32,664 nucleotides of DNA from an uncultured Clostridia bacterium. Its GTDB lineage: Bacteria; Bacillota; JAAYKD01; CAYOCI01. Every line of letters starts with the position of its first letter. Within the stretch, counting starts at the first letter, position 1. The stretch is from positions 3,758-36,421 of the forward strand of contig CAZINL010000004.1 of NCBI GenBank assembly GCA_964540595.1, read 5' to 3'. Below, piece after piece: positions 7,443 through 16,495 of this stretch. The translations under genes and the position numbers were made by a program. Below the pieces are notes generated by a model that was given only the letters and a program-made list of their open reading frames with translations, was not told the origin of the DNA and did not search any database.

Positions 7443-9368
7443 CTAGCTTGTCGCCACTACGGGTTCGCGCAATGCCCCCGTCTCCATACGGTCATCCGCA
7501 TAGTACTGCGCCTGCGCAACCCACAGCTCACGATATTTGCCACTCTCGTCTGCCACGAGCTGATCGTGGCTACCCTGCTGCACCACTTGGCCCTGGTCGA
7601 AGACCAGGATCTCGTCGCAGAAGCGGCAGGAGGAGAGGCGATGACTGATGTAGATGGCAGTCTTGTCGCTGACGATCTCATTGAACTTGGCGTAGATCTC
7701 AGCCTCAGCCACCGGGTCCAGTGCGGCGGTGGGCTCGTCGAGAACGATGAAGGGGGCGTCTTTGTAGAGCGCACGGGCAATGGCGATCTTTTGCGCTTCG
7801 CCACCGGAGACCTCGACACCCTTCTCGTCAAAATCCTTGTATAGGCAGGTGGCGACACCAGCGGGCATCTCTCTTAGCCGATCACCGAAGCCAGCTTCCT
7901 TGAGGCACTCTTCCACTCGCGCCTGATCATAGTCCATAGTGGTCGCCACGTTCTGCCCCAGCGGGTAAGCGAACAGCTTGAAGTCTTGAAAGACCACAGA
8001 GAAGACCGACAGGTATTCGTTGTAGTCATACTTCTTGATGTTGATGCCATTGAGCAGGATCTCGCCTTCGGTCGGGTCGTAGAGGCGGCAGAGCAGCTTA
8101 ATGAAGGTGGTCTTGCCACTGCCGTTTTCGCCGACGACCGCGAGACGCGAGCCGATCTTGAACTTCATCGAGACATGACGCAGGGCGTAGATGTCAGACG
8201 TCGGATACTTGAACGATACATCGCGAAACTCGATCTCGTAGTGGCGGTCGGAGCGCTTTTCGACGGTGAGCGACCCCTGATACATATCATTGGGAGTATC
8301 CAAGAGCTCGAAAGTCTCACGCAGGAACGCGGCGTTGTTCTGCATATCGCCCAGCGTGGAGATTAGCGACGCCACCCCACCGGAAAACGAGGTGATCGCG
8401 CTGATATATTGCGTGACTGACCCTACACCGAAGGCGCCGCCCCATGCTTTGAGACAGACAAAGACGTAGACGATTCCGGTAAAGACATGTGATACGGCAG
8501 CGGACAAGGCGCTCAGCGCTCCCATCGGACCGCGCGCATAGCGAGCCAACTTGCCTCGGGGTCCAAAGACATGGTCCTGATGGAAGTTCTGTCGGCAAAG
8601 GATATCCTGCCGATACATGCGGATATCGAGCGCGCGGTCGTGGTCATAGGCCATGAAACCGTAGAAGCTGAAGCGACGGTTCGCTTCCCTGGCACCATCG
8701 GCGGATCTGGTCCAATAGCTATTGGCTTGGTTGGATAGGACGGGGGCCAGAAAGGTCACCGCGAACATAATGGCAATGATCAGCACGATGAAGATGGGAT
8801 GATTTAGCCGGCTGAGAGTTCCGGCGCTGGCGGGAACGCGCAGTGTAAACAACGAGATACTCAGGGCGGCAGCCCCAATAATCTTCATCAGCGCGGTCAG
8901 TAGACCCTCCGTGTATTCAAAGAGCTTGCCAAGCCCCCAACCGCCCCAACTGCTGTTCTGGCGTATCTGCGAACGCAGGTCATGGGTATGGGGATCATCG
9001 ACCGAACAGAAATCCATGGCCAAAAGCTTATCAGCAAAGATCTTCTCCTGCCGGTAATAGCGCCCGGCGTGCGCGGAGTTCTTCCAGCGCTCTAGGGCGG
9101 CTTTGAACAGTGTCAGCAGGGCGGTCGATGCCAGCGTGACCACCACCAACCGGGAAAGACGCTCAAGCTCTCGAGCCCCAGCCAGCTCATTGATGATCTG
9201 TGCGGACAGGTAGATGCCGACATAGGGTGTCAGCGCGTTGACCACAGCGTAGATCGCCGAGGAGACAAAGATCAGCGGATAATGCTGCCACCAGATCAGG
9301 AACGCCTTCGCATTAAGCTTCAGGGCCTCACGCACCGGTACCTTATCCGCAACGTTTTTGTTCGTCAT
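7443..9368 (-). CDS. ABC exporter half-transporter (TMD-NBD fusion)
   Basis: N-terminal TM-rich domain. Walker A GENGSGKTT, signature VSGGEAQKIAIARAL, Walker B FIVLDEPTAALD, H-loop ISHRL. Start taken at ATG 9368 (MTNKNVADK...), with GGGAGGG about 11 nt upstream; it overlaps the upstream ABC gene by 26 nt. Confidence 0.9.
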   Translation of the reverse strand: MTNKNVADKVPVREALKLNAKAFLIWWQHYPLIFVSSAIYAVVNALTPYVGIYLSAQIINELAGARELERLSRLVVVTLASTALLTLFKAALERWKNSAHAGRYYRQEKIFADKLLAMDFCSVDDPHTHDLRSQIRQNSSWGGWGLGKLFEYTEGLLTALMKIIGAAALSISLFTLRVPASAGTLSRLNHPIFIVLIIAIMFAVTFLAPVLSNQANSYWTRSADGAREANRRFSFYGFMAYDHDRALDIRMYRQDILCRQNFHQDHVFGPRGKLARYARGPMGALSALSAAVSHVFTGIVYVFVCLKAWGGAFGVGSVTQYISAITSFSGGVASLISTLGDMQNNAAFLRETFELLDTPNDMYQGSLTVEKRSDRHYEIEFRDVSFKYPTSDIYALRHVSMKFKIGSRLAVVGENGSGKTTFIKLLCRLYDPTEGEILLNGINIKKYDYNEYLSVFSVVFQDFKLFAYPLGQNVATTMDYDQARVEECLKEAGFGDRLREMPAGVATCLYKDFDEKGVEVSGGEAQKIAIARALYKDAPFIVLDEPTAALDPVAEAEIYAKFNEIVSDKTAIYISHRLSSCRFCDEILVFDQGQVVQQGSHDQLVADESGKYRELWVAQAQYYADDRMETGALREPVVATS

Positions 9369-11250
9369 TCTGCGCACGTCCCTCCCGATAATAGCGGCTC
9401 TGGATGGTAAACAGCTCCGCGTACCTTCCACCTTGAGCCAATAGATCATCATGGGTTCCTTCTTCGGCGATCACACCGTCTTCGATGAACAAGATGCGAT
9501 CGCAGAAGCGGGTGGAGGCTAGGCGGTGGGAGATGTAGATTGAGGTACGCCCTTCAGTCAGGTCGTTGTATCGCTGGTAAATATCGCTCTCCGCGATTGG
9601 GTCGAGGGCCGCGGTGGGCTCGTCGAGGACGATGATGGGCGCATCCTTGTACAGCGCTCGCGCCAGCATCAGTCGCTGCAACTCACCGCCCGAGAGCTCA
9701 GGGGCATCTTCAAAGACCTGCTTGCCAAGGCGTGTCTCATAACCATCGGCAAGGCTTTCCACCTTGCGTTTCAGCCCGGCCCTCTCGATGCAGGCGCGCA
9801 CCTCATCCATGTCGATCCCCTCATTAGTCTGGGCGACATTGCCGGCAATGGTCGCCGCCAACAGTGAAAACTGCTGAAAGACCGCGGCGAAGTGCCGGTA
9901 GTAATCGCGGCGGTTGTAGGCCTTGATATCTCGACCGTTGAGCAGCACCTCGCCGCTGGTGGGGTCGTAAAAGCCACAGATCAGCTTGATTAGCGTCGTC
10001 TTGCCTGCGCCGTTTAAGCCGACGACCGCTAGCTTCTCACCCGCCTTGATGGTGAGGTTAATGCCATGCAACGTATCCCGGTCAGCCCCCGGGTAACGAA
10101 ACGCCACGTCTTGCAGCTCGATCTCGTAAGCCTGGTCGAGGTCTGGTTCGAGTGGCTCGCCGTCCTCAAAACGGAAGCACTCCTCAGCCTCGAGAAATTC
10201 GCGCACCGTGGAGATGTCGAGGCTCTGCTTATGCAGGGTGGTCAGTCCGGATAGGATGCCACTAACCCAAGTCGTAAAGCCGCCAACCGCTGTGAAATGC
10301 AGTAGGAATTGCGCAGCACTTAGCCCGCTGCGCAGGGTGAAGGCGATCAGGTACGCATAGGCGATACCGTTACGTAACAGCGACAGCACCACATCGATCA
10401 CATTGGCCCAGATATAGACCTTTTCCCGGCGCACACAAAACGCCTGGTACAGGTTGAGGGTGCTGCCATAGACGCTCTCCAGCCAGTTCTGCATGCCGAA
10501 GATGCGGATATCCTTGGCAAAAGTATGATCACCGGCTTTGCTGCTGGCATAGTTCATCCGGTGCGAGTATCCCGCCGCCTCTTCACGGTGGCGATAGCCC
10601 CAGTTGTTGATCTCTTTGGTGATGAAGTAGCCTATCACTGTCGTCGCCAGTGTGATGATGACGATCAGCGGGTCCAGCGACGCCAGCAGCACCAGGTAGA
10701 TAACAAACCCGGCGCTATTTTGCACCAGCTCGGTCAGCGTCTTCCAGATAGCCTCGGTCGCCTCGTCGTTATTGTTAACCGCCATCCGCGCTTTTTCGAG
10801 CTGTTTGAGGAAGCCCTGATCCACAGTATTGGGAAAAGAGGTCTGCGAGAACTTATCATGGATTTGGGAAACCAGAGCTCCGCGCACCGCGACACGACCG
10901 AAAAGCGTGTTGGCACCGACATAGGCGCTCGCCGCACCGACCAGCATCAGGGCCAGCGCGAAGGCGGCGATGGTGCCGAGCAGCCTCGTGAGCGGAGCCG
11001 CGGCCTCGATGGTCCCCAGCACGGTCGGCACAATAAACAGACCGAGCAGGCTGCTGGCCACCGCCAGCGCAGCTTGGATCAGGCACAGCCAGAGAACGCT
11101 CCTCTCGGTCCGCCAGGCTAGGCTTATCATATAGACGGCATTGCTCCAGATGCCATGTTTTGGTTTGATCCGGTTCTCTCTTTGGGCAGCATCCACTTGC
11201 ATCATCCTCCTCGACACCGAGTTTACCACCGATTTCCTTATTGCTGCCAT
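9343..11250 (-). CDS. ABC exporter half-transporter (TMD-NBD fusion)
   Basis: Walker A GLNGAGKTT, signature LSGGELQRLMLARAL, Walker B IIVLDEPTAALD, H-loop ISHRL. The start is uncertain: ATG 11250 has no RBS, whereas GTG 11196 has AGGAGG 9 nt upstream. Confidence 0.88.
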   Translation of the reverse strand: MAAIRKSVVNSVSRRMMQVDAAQRENRIKPKHGIWSNAVYMISLAWRTERSVLWLCLIQAALAVASSLLGLFIVPTVLGTIEAAAPLTRLLGTIAAFALALMLVGAASAYVGANTLFGRVAVRGALVSQIHDKFSQTSFPNTVDQGFLKQLEKARMAVNNNDEATEAIWKTLTELVQNSAGFVIYLVLLASLDPLIVIITLATTVIGYFITKEINNWGYRHREEAAGYSHRMNYASSKAGDHTFAKDIRIFGMQNWLESVYGSTLNLYQAFCVRREKVYIWANVIDVVLSLLRNGIAYAYLIAFTLRSGLSAAQFLLHFTAVGGFTTWVSGILSGLTTLHKQSLDISTVREFLEAEECFRFEDGEPLEPDLDQAYEIELQDVAFRYPGADRDTLHGINLTIKAGEKLAVVGLNGAGKTTLIKLICGFYDPTSGEVLLNGRDIKAYNRRDYYRHFAAVFQQFSLLAATIAGNVAQTNEGIDMDEVRACIERAGLKRKVESLADGYETRLGKQVFEDAPELSGGELQRLMLARALYKDAPIIVLDEPTAALDPIAESDIYQRYNDLTEGRTSIYISHRLASTRFCDRILFIEDGVIAEEGTHDDLLAQGGRYAELFTIQSRYYREGRAQNDEQKRCG

Positions 11251-11295
11251 TTTGGGGATGAGATGCGCGTTGCGGGGGACGAAATGCTAAGCGGT

Positions 11296-11955
11296 CTACT
11301 GCGGCAGGAGTATCTCGGTGGTAAAGGCGCCATCCTCGCTGTTGCGGCTGATATAGCCACCATACCGCTCCACGATCTGGTCAATGTGTACGAGTCCATA
11401 GCCATGTCCTTCGCCCTTGGACGTAGCGAAGCGTCCGTTCTCCTTGCGCTGCTTGTTCGTCGCCGTCAGGTTGGTAAACGACATGTAGAGCTGCGTGTTC
11501 TTCATCTCCATGTAGACGCGGATCAGGCGCTGATCTACAGGCAGAGCTAGGCTGGCCTCGATGGCGTTGTCAAAGAGGTTGCCGATGATCACGCACAGGT
11601 CGAGCTCTGCGGTGGTCAGCGCCACCGGGATATGGGCGTCGGCCCTCACGGGGATTAGCTTGGACCGAGCGAGGGAGATCTTGCTGTTGAGGATCGCGTC
11701 AGTCATCCGGTTGCCCGTCTTGATGATCGTCTCCACCGCCGCTAGGTCTGTATCTAGCTCATCCAGATAGCGCTGGATGGCCGCCAGGTCGCCTGACGCA
11801 GCGTAGCTCTTCATCGTCTGGATATGATTGCGGTAATCGTGCCGCCAGCCACGCATTTCGTTGTACATATTCTCGACCTCGGCATAGTGGGTCTGGATCA
11901 GTTCGCTCTGGTAGGTGGCGATCCGCTTGTCGATCAGCTTTGAAATGAGCCACAT
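11296..11955 (-). CDS. GHKL histidine kinase of the LytTR-partner (AgrC/NatK-like, HPK10) type, lacking any membrane sensor domain
   Basis: H-box MRGWRHDYRNHIQTM, N-box IGNLFDNAIEAS, G-box GEGHGYGLVHI. Only 219 aa, with no TM segments. Sits 12 nt downstream of the LytTR regulator gene. Confidence 0.85.
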   Translation of the reverse strand: MWLISKLIDKRIATYQSELIQTHYAEVENMYNEMRGWRHDYRNHIQTMKSYAASGDLAAIQRYLDELDTDLAAVETIIKTGNRMTDAILNSKISLARSKLIPVRADAHIPVALTTAELDLCVIIGNLFDNAIEASLALPVDQRLIRVYMEMKNTQLYMSFTNLTATNKQRKENGRFATSKGEGHGYGLVHIDQIVERYGGYISRNSEDGAFTTEILLPQ

Positions 11956-11967
11956 GGCGGCACCTCC

Positions 11968-12672
11968 TTAGAAGTAACTAATCATCGCCCGGTTCAGAGG
12001 CTCGTACATCCCGCGCGACAGGGGGATGACCGCTCCGCTCTTGAGATGCACGTCTGTCTTGGTGATCTTGCGGATGTAGCGCAGATTGACAATGAATGAG
12101 CGGCCGACACGGAAGAAGCTCTCGTCCAGCTCCTTCTCAATCTCGCCAAGCGGCCTTTTGACGACATGCTCCTCGCGGGCGTGGATGGTGACATAGTTCT
12201 GCCGGACTTCGAGGTAATGGATCTCGTACAGTGGGATGCGGACCGCCTCGTCGCGAGAGTCTAGCAGCAGAGCCTGCTCATTGCGCTTGAGCTTGTCCGC
12301 CGCTCGGTTTAGCACGGCACACAGCTTCCCTTCATTGACCGGCTTCATTAGGTAGTGCAGCGCTTCCACGTCGTAGCCGTCGGCGATATACTCCATGTAG
12401 CCGGTGACAAAGACGATCTGCACTTCCTTGTTCGCCGCCCGGACGGCTTTGGCAAGGGCGACGCCGTTCATCTGCCCCATCTCAATGTCCAGCAGCAGAA
12501 TATCGTATGCTTTGTCCTCGGCATAGCGCAGCAGGAATGCTTCGGCCGACGGGAAGGTCGCGATCGCAGCGCTATGGCCGGTCGCATCGGCCCATCTAGC
12601 CACGAGTGTGGCGATGAACCTCAGGTCGGCGGGTTGGTCGTCGCAGATCGCAAAGCGGTAGTGCATGATCAT
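11968..12672 (-). CDS. LytTR/AlgR-family two-component response regulator (REC + LytTR DNA-binding domain)
   Basis: REC features (FAICDDQ, ILLLDIEMGQMNG, VFVTGY, YLMKP) and a C-terminal LytTR domain (YLEVRQNYVTIHAREE ... FFRVGRSFIVNLRYI). AGGAGG RBS. Confidence 0.92.
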   Translation of the reverse strand: MIMHYRFAICDDQPADLRFIATLVARWADATGHSAAIATFPSAEAFLLRYAEDKAYDILLLDIEMGQMNGVALAKAVRAANKEVQIVFVTGYMEYIADGYDVEALHYLMKPVNEGKLCAVLNRAADKLKRNEQALLLDSRDEAVRIPLYEIHYLEVRQNYVTIHAREEHVVKRPLGEIEKELDESFFRVGRSFIVNLRYIRKITKTDVHLKSGAVIPLSRGMYEPLNRAMISYF

Positions 12673-12855
12673 TCCTCCTGTGGCTGATCTGTCGTGATAT
12701 GGTTACGCCGCGGCACCCATCATGACCTTTGCCACGAGAGGGAAATGTGGGACGATCACGGAGACCCGCTCAAAGAGGCGTAGCCTAGCGCGATCTTCCG
12801 GGCTGGTAACCGCATGGGATCGTGGTGGTCGAGGAAGTCGCACGGGGGGTAGGGG

Positions 12856-12910
12856 AAGTCATAACGATGGGCAGGGCGTACCGTTTACGCCCTGCCCATC
12901 GTTATGACTT
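12856..12910. repeat. REP-like palindromic hairpin, copy 2 (25-bp perfect stem; terminator of the NUDIX gene)
   Basis: AAGTCATAACGATGGGCAGGGCGTA (12856-12880), loop CCGTT, TACGCCCTGCCCATCGTTATGACTT (12886-12910), an exact reverse complement. The core GGGCAGGGCGT is shared with copies 1 and 3. Confidence 0.75.
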
Positions 12911-12921
12911 GTTCATTTTTG

Positions 12922-13446
12922 CTAATCTCGCGTTGCTTCGCTCAGCATCTCCATCGAGAGCGGCAGATGACTGACCCTGTCAAGCACCCAGCCGCGGTAG
13001 TGACAATAGTGCCTACGCGGAGCGCCTTCGCCGTCTCTGGTGCTCAACATCTGCGGCAGGAAGTGAGGGATATTGTCTACTACCGTCTGATCGGGGTTGG
13101 TGCAGACATACTCGATGGAGAACCAGTCGAGTAGTCCTTCGTCGCTCTGCCGGCCGCGCGCGACTTCGGGCGAGAGCTCTTTAGGCCAGTCGGCAAAGTA
13201 GACATACATGCCTGCCTCACCCGTCTCCGCCGCTCCGCCCCACGTGACCACCCCGGCAAACTGCACGCGGCTGATACGGATGCCGACCTCTTCACGAATC
13301 TCACGGATGATGCACTGGCGAGGCGTTTCATCCGGCTCTAGCTTACCACCCACGCCGTTGAGTAGGTGCGCGTTGGGGGTCTTATTGCGGCGCAGCATTA
13401 GGACTCGATCGCTGCGAAAAATGAAAGCGAGCGTATACTTGAGCAA
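12922..13446 (-). CDS. NUDIX hydrolase
   Basis: Nudix box GVGGKLEPDETPRQCIIREIREEVGI. The first about 45 codons of the 13581 ORF look non-coding (Arg/Ser/Pro-rich). TTG at 13446 with GAGGGGA 9 nt upstream gives MLKYTLAFIFRSDRVLML..., a normal Nudix N-terminus. The start remains uncertain. Confidence 0.72.
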   Translation of the reverse strand: MLKYTLAFIFRSDRVLMLRRNKTPNAHLLNGVGGKLEPDETPRQCIIREIREEVGIRISRVQFAGVVTWGGAAETGEAGMYVYFADWPKELSPEVARGRQSDEGLLDWFSIEYVCTNPDQTVVDNIPHFLPQMLSTRDGEGAPRRHYCHYRGWVLDRVSHLPLSMEMLSEATRD

Positions 13447-13744
13447 CCTTCTACATCCCCTCTGCCGATCAGTGTTGTCTCGACCTTTGGGGTTGTATTC
13501 GCTTGGTGAAGACTCGTTCCTGCTTGGTGTCCGCCTAACTAATGGAACAGGGGACCTATGACAAGTGAAGCACGACCTCACGCCAGCGAGGGTACATCAA
13601 ACCACCGCAGCTGTGAGCAAAGAAAATAAGTCGAAAAAGATCAGATTATCACGAAAAAGAGGAAGGAAAAACCTGATCAAGGTAGTAATTAATAATCACT
13701 ATTGCTAGCAGTCAGATCTCATTACTGTGAAAGGAGTTGAGATA

Positions 13745-16495
13745 ATGCTGTATCGTCAATTTCAGCAGCTATCACGCCAATTTCTCTATGGGATTGGGGT
13801 GCAGTCGGCGCTGATACTGGGGCTGTTGCTGCTCACTCGTGGGCAGGGGGAGATGGTTCATGGCGTGCTGCCATGGCTGTTGTGTGGCGGATTGGTGATA
13901 TCCTCACTCCTGCTGTGGACGGCTCTGCGCGTCCAGAAGATGATGGATGCCAGCATCCTCACTCCGCTCAAACAAGCGTTAGCTGTTCTGACCAAGTCAG
14001 GAGTGATCGTCAAACCAGGCGAAGATGAAGTTCAGGCGATCTTGTCTTCAGTCATGCAAGTGGATTATATCGTCAGTGTTGATCGGATTCGTCAGAAGGT
14101 CTATGCCCTCTGGAACTCGGTCAATAGCGACTATGAGGCAATCAATGGTTCATTGGCTCTCTTTGGCGAGGCAGGGCACATTCTTAGCGGTGCCTACTAT
14201 CACTATGATAGCTTCACCGACGAGCTACGTTTGACCGCCTCCTATGCCTTTCCCGAGAGTGGCAAGACCGTTCTAAGGTATGGTTCCGGTCCCGTGGGTG
14301 AGGCTGCAGCGCACAATCGTACCGCGATAATCGAGGATCCCGACATGAGCATCTCGGTAGGCCTGGGGCAGATAAAGCCAGGTCTCTTGGGGTGTTTCCC
14401 GGTCCAGGGGCAGCGCTTGCATGGAGTCTTTGTCTTGGCTTTCCCCAGTCGTACGACCCCTGATCATCTTAAGATCATGCAAATGTATGCCAATCAGACA
14501 GGGGTTGTCCTGGATCGTATCCAGCAATACGATCAACTGAAGAAGGTCTCCCATGATCTGAGGGACAGAACCAGAGAGCTAAACAAGGAACTGAAGCATA
14601 GTGTCTCGATTCTCAATAGCTCTGCCGATGGGATCACCATTTTGACACCAGAAGGAGTGATCACCTCTTTTAGCCGTGGTGCCGAGATCATTACCGGGTA
14701 TACCACCGAAGAGGTCATGGGGAGGCCCTGCTGCGAGATCTTAAAGCATTCCTCACAAAACTACGAAGATCTCTGTGATACGCCGCTCTGCGCCCTCTGT
14801 CAGGCCACACTGACTGGGGAGCCTGCCACCGGCAAGGAGCTCTACTTGACGCATAAGGATGGCAGCCGTGTTCCCATTCTCCTGAGCGTCAGCCCCATCA
14901 AAGATGAGAACGGCAAGGTCATCGAGGTCTTGCAGATCTTCAAAGATATGACGGAGATCAAGAACAACCTGACGGCACTGGAGCAGGCCAGCCGTAGCAA
15001 GAGTGAATTCCTAGCGACCATGTCCCATGAACTGCGTACACCGCTCAATTCCGTGTTGGGTTTTGCGGAACTCCTGGATGCGCAAAGCTTTGGCGATCTC
15101 AATGACCGGCAAAAGCGCTACGTCAGCAACATCATGACGGCTGGCAAAGACCTCCTGACCCTAATCAACGATATCCTAGATCTCTCACGTATCGAGGCTG
15201 GCCGCATGGAATGGGAGAGGGAGATGGTGGATCTGCGCCAGTTGATCGGTGGTGCAGTCAATCTCCTGCGCGAAAAGGCGGCCAGCAATGGCCTCAAGAT
15301 GGCCATTCATGTGGACGATGCCGTGGACCGCTTCATCGGTGACGAGAGGAAGATCAAGCAAATTCTCTACAATCTACTCTCCAATGCGGTGAAATTCACC
15401 CCCAGTGGGGGGCAGGTGGGGGTCGACGCCACGATCCGTGATGGGGTGCTAGACCTGAGCGTGTGGGATACCGGGATTGGCATCCCCAAGGAAAAGTGGC
15501 AGACGATCTTTGAGCCCTTCTACCAAGTGGACAACTATCTGACCCGCAAACATCAAGGTTCCGGTCTAGGACTGGCCTTGGTGAAGAAGATGGTCAGTCT
15601 TCCCGGTGGCGAGATCTGGGTAGAGACACAAGAGGGGAGGAGCACTGTCTTCCGCCTGCGCATTCCGCAGGGGCCAACCATGCCCACAGCGAGTGTTGCG
15701 CCGGAGGAAACGATACCCATGGCCACCTTCTCCTTGCCAATGCAGGGCCCTAGTCGCCGCTGCCTGGTGATCGAGGATGACCGCCCAACGGCGGAACTGG
15801 TTGAAACCTATCTCCGCGGGCTGGGGTTGGAGACCACCATTGCTGCCTCCGGGGAAGAGGGACTGGCGGAGTTGGCCAAACAGGTTCCGGACCTGATCGT
15901 CTTGGATCTGCTTCTACCGGGGATGAGTGGATGGGACGTTTTGGCACAGATCCGACTCTCGCCGTTCCTCAGCCATGTCCCTGTCTTGATCACCTCCATT
16001 CTTGACGAGGCCAGGAAAGGGTTGGCTGTCGGCGCTTGGGACTACTTGATCAAGCCCATCGACCAGGCGCAGCTGTCCGAGTGTGTCCAGCGCATCTTAC
16101 GGATGCGCGGCCAAGGCTATCACGCTCTAGTGATCGATGACGATCCCCAAGCCCGAGAACTGATATCCACCCATCTTGGACTGCTGCATATGCAGGCCCA
16201 TACGGCGATGACCGTCGAAGAAGGGCTGCAAAAGGCCCGTGCGCTGCGGCCAGACATTATCTTTTTGGATCTCATGCTCCCCGAGGTCAATGGCTTCGAG
16301 TTCCTCCAACGCAAGGAAGAGTCCCACGAAATCTCTTCTATCCCTGTGGTCGTGGTTAGTTCCAAGACGTTGTCCTCTGAAGAGCGCCGTTTCCTCGAGT
16401 CTCGTGCACTGGTGGTGGCTCGTAAGAGCGAGTTTGGTAAGGAAGACTTCAATGTCAAGGTGTTAAGGTTGCTCAAAGAAGGGGGGACAGCATGA
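13745..16495 (+). CDS. Hybrid sensor histidine kinase: 2 TM - GAF - PAS (Cys-rich) - HisKA - HATPase_c - REC - REC
   Basis: TM segments at the N-terminus; a GAF-like region (GEAGHILSGAYYHY ... VFVLAFPS); a PAS domain (ADGITILTPEGVITSFSRGAEIITGYTTEEVMG). H-box MSHELRTPLNSV, N-box NLLSNAVKFT, G-boxes DTGIGIP and GSGLGLALV. Two receiver domains (LIVLDLLLPGMSG; IIFLDLMLPEVNG). ATG 13745 is preferred because AAGGAG (13731-13736) lies 8 nt upstream. Confidence 0.92.
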   Translation: MLYRQFQQLSRQFLYGIGVQSALILGLLLLTRGQGEMVHGVLPWLLCGGLVISSLLLWTALRVQKMMDASILTPLKQALAVLTKSGVIVKPGEDEVQAILSSVMQVDYIVSVDRIRQKVYALWNSVNSDYEAINGSLALFGEAGHILSGAYYHYDSFTDELRLTASYAFPESGKTVLRYGSGPVGEAAAHNRTAIIEDPDMSISVGLGQIKPGLLGCFPVQGQRLHGVFVLAFPSRTTPDHLKIMQMYANQTGVVLDRIQQYDQLKKVSHDLRDRTRELNKELKHSVSILNSSADGITILTPEGVITSFSRGAEIITGYTTEEVMGRPCCEILKHSSQNYEDLCDTPLCALCQATLTGEPATGKELYLTHKDGSRVPILLSVSPIKDENGKVIEVLQIFKDMTEIKNNLTALEQASRSKSEFLATMSHELRTPLNSVLGFAELLDAQSFGDLNDRQKRYVSNIMTAGKDLLTLINDILDLSRIEAGRMEWEREMVDLRQLIGGAVNLLREKAASNGLKMAIHVDDAVDRFIGDERKIKQILYNLLSNAVKFTPSGGQVGVDATIRDGVLDLSVWDTGIGIPKEKWQTIFEPFYQVDNYLTRKHQGSGLGLALVKKMVSLPGGEIWVETQEGRSTVFRLRIPQGPTMPTASVAPEETIPMATFSLPMQGPSRRCLVIEDDRPTAELVETYLRGLGLETTIAASGEEGLAELAKQVPDLIVLDLLLPGMSGWDVLAQIRLSPFLSHVPVLITSILDEARKGLAVGAWDYLIKPIDQAQLSECVQRILRMRGQGYHALVIDDDPQARELISTHLGLLHMQAHTAMTVEEGLQKARALRPDIIFLDLMLPEVNGFEFLQRKEESHEISSIPVVVVSSKTLSSEERRFLESRALVVARKSEFGKEDFNVKVLRLLKEGGTA

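Noticed and set aside
12673-12855. Candidate pheromone or autoinducing peptide gene upstream of the LytTR regulator: 19-codon minus-strand ORF MRLPARKIALGYASLSGSP, and the 61-aa + ORF at 12722-12907.
   Set aside because: Neither has an RBS, a GG-type leader or an AgrD-like motif. The + ORF is Arg/Gly-rich, and its 3' end overlaps the 25-bp hairpin (the ORF ends at 12907, the hairpin spans 12856-12910).
13447-13581. N-terminal 45-residue extension of the second NUDIX protein (ATG at 13581).
   Set aside because: The extension (MRSCFTCHRSPVPLVRRTPSRNESSPSEYNPKGRDNTDRQRGCRR) looks like translated non-coding DNA. A TTG at 13446 with a GAGGGGA SD gives a normal Nudix N-terminus.
13681-13744. Sigma-70 promoter for the signalling operon in the AT-rich upstream region (AATAAT at 13691-13696; TTGCTA at 13702-13707).
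   Set aside because: Neither hexamer has a partner element at 16-18 nt spacing, so I cannot support a specific promoter call.
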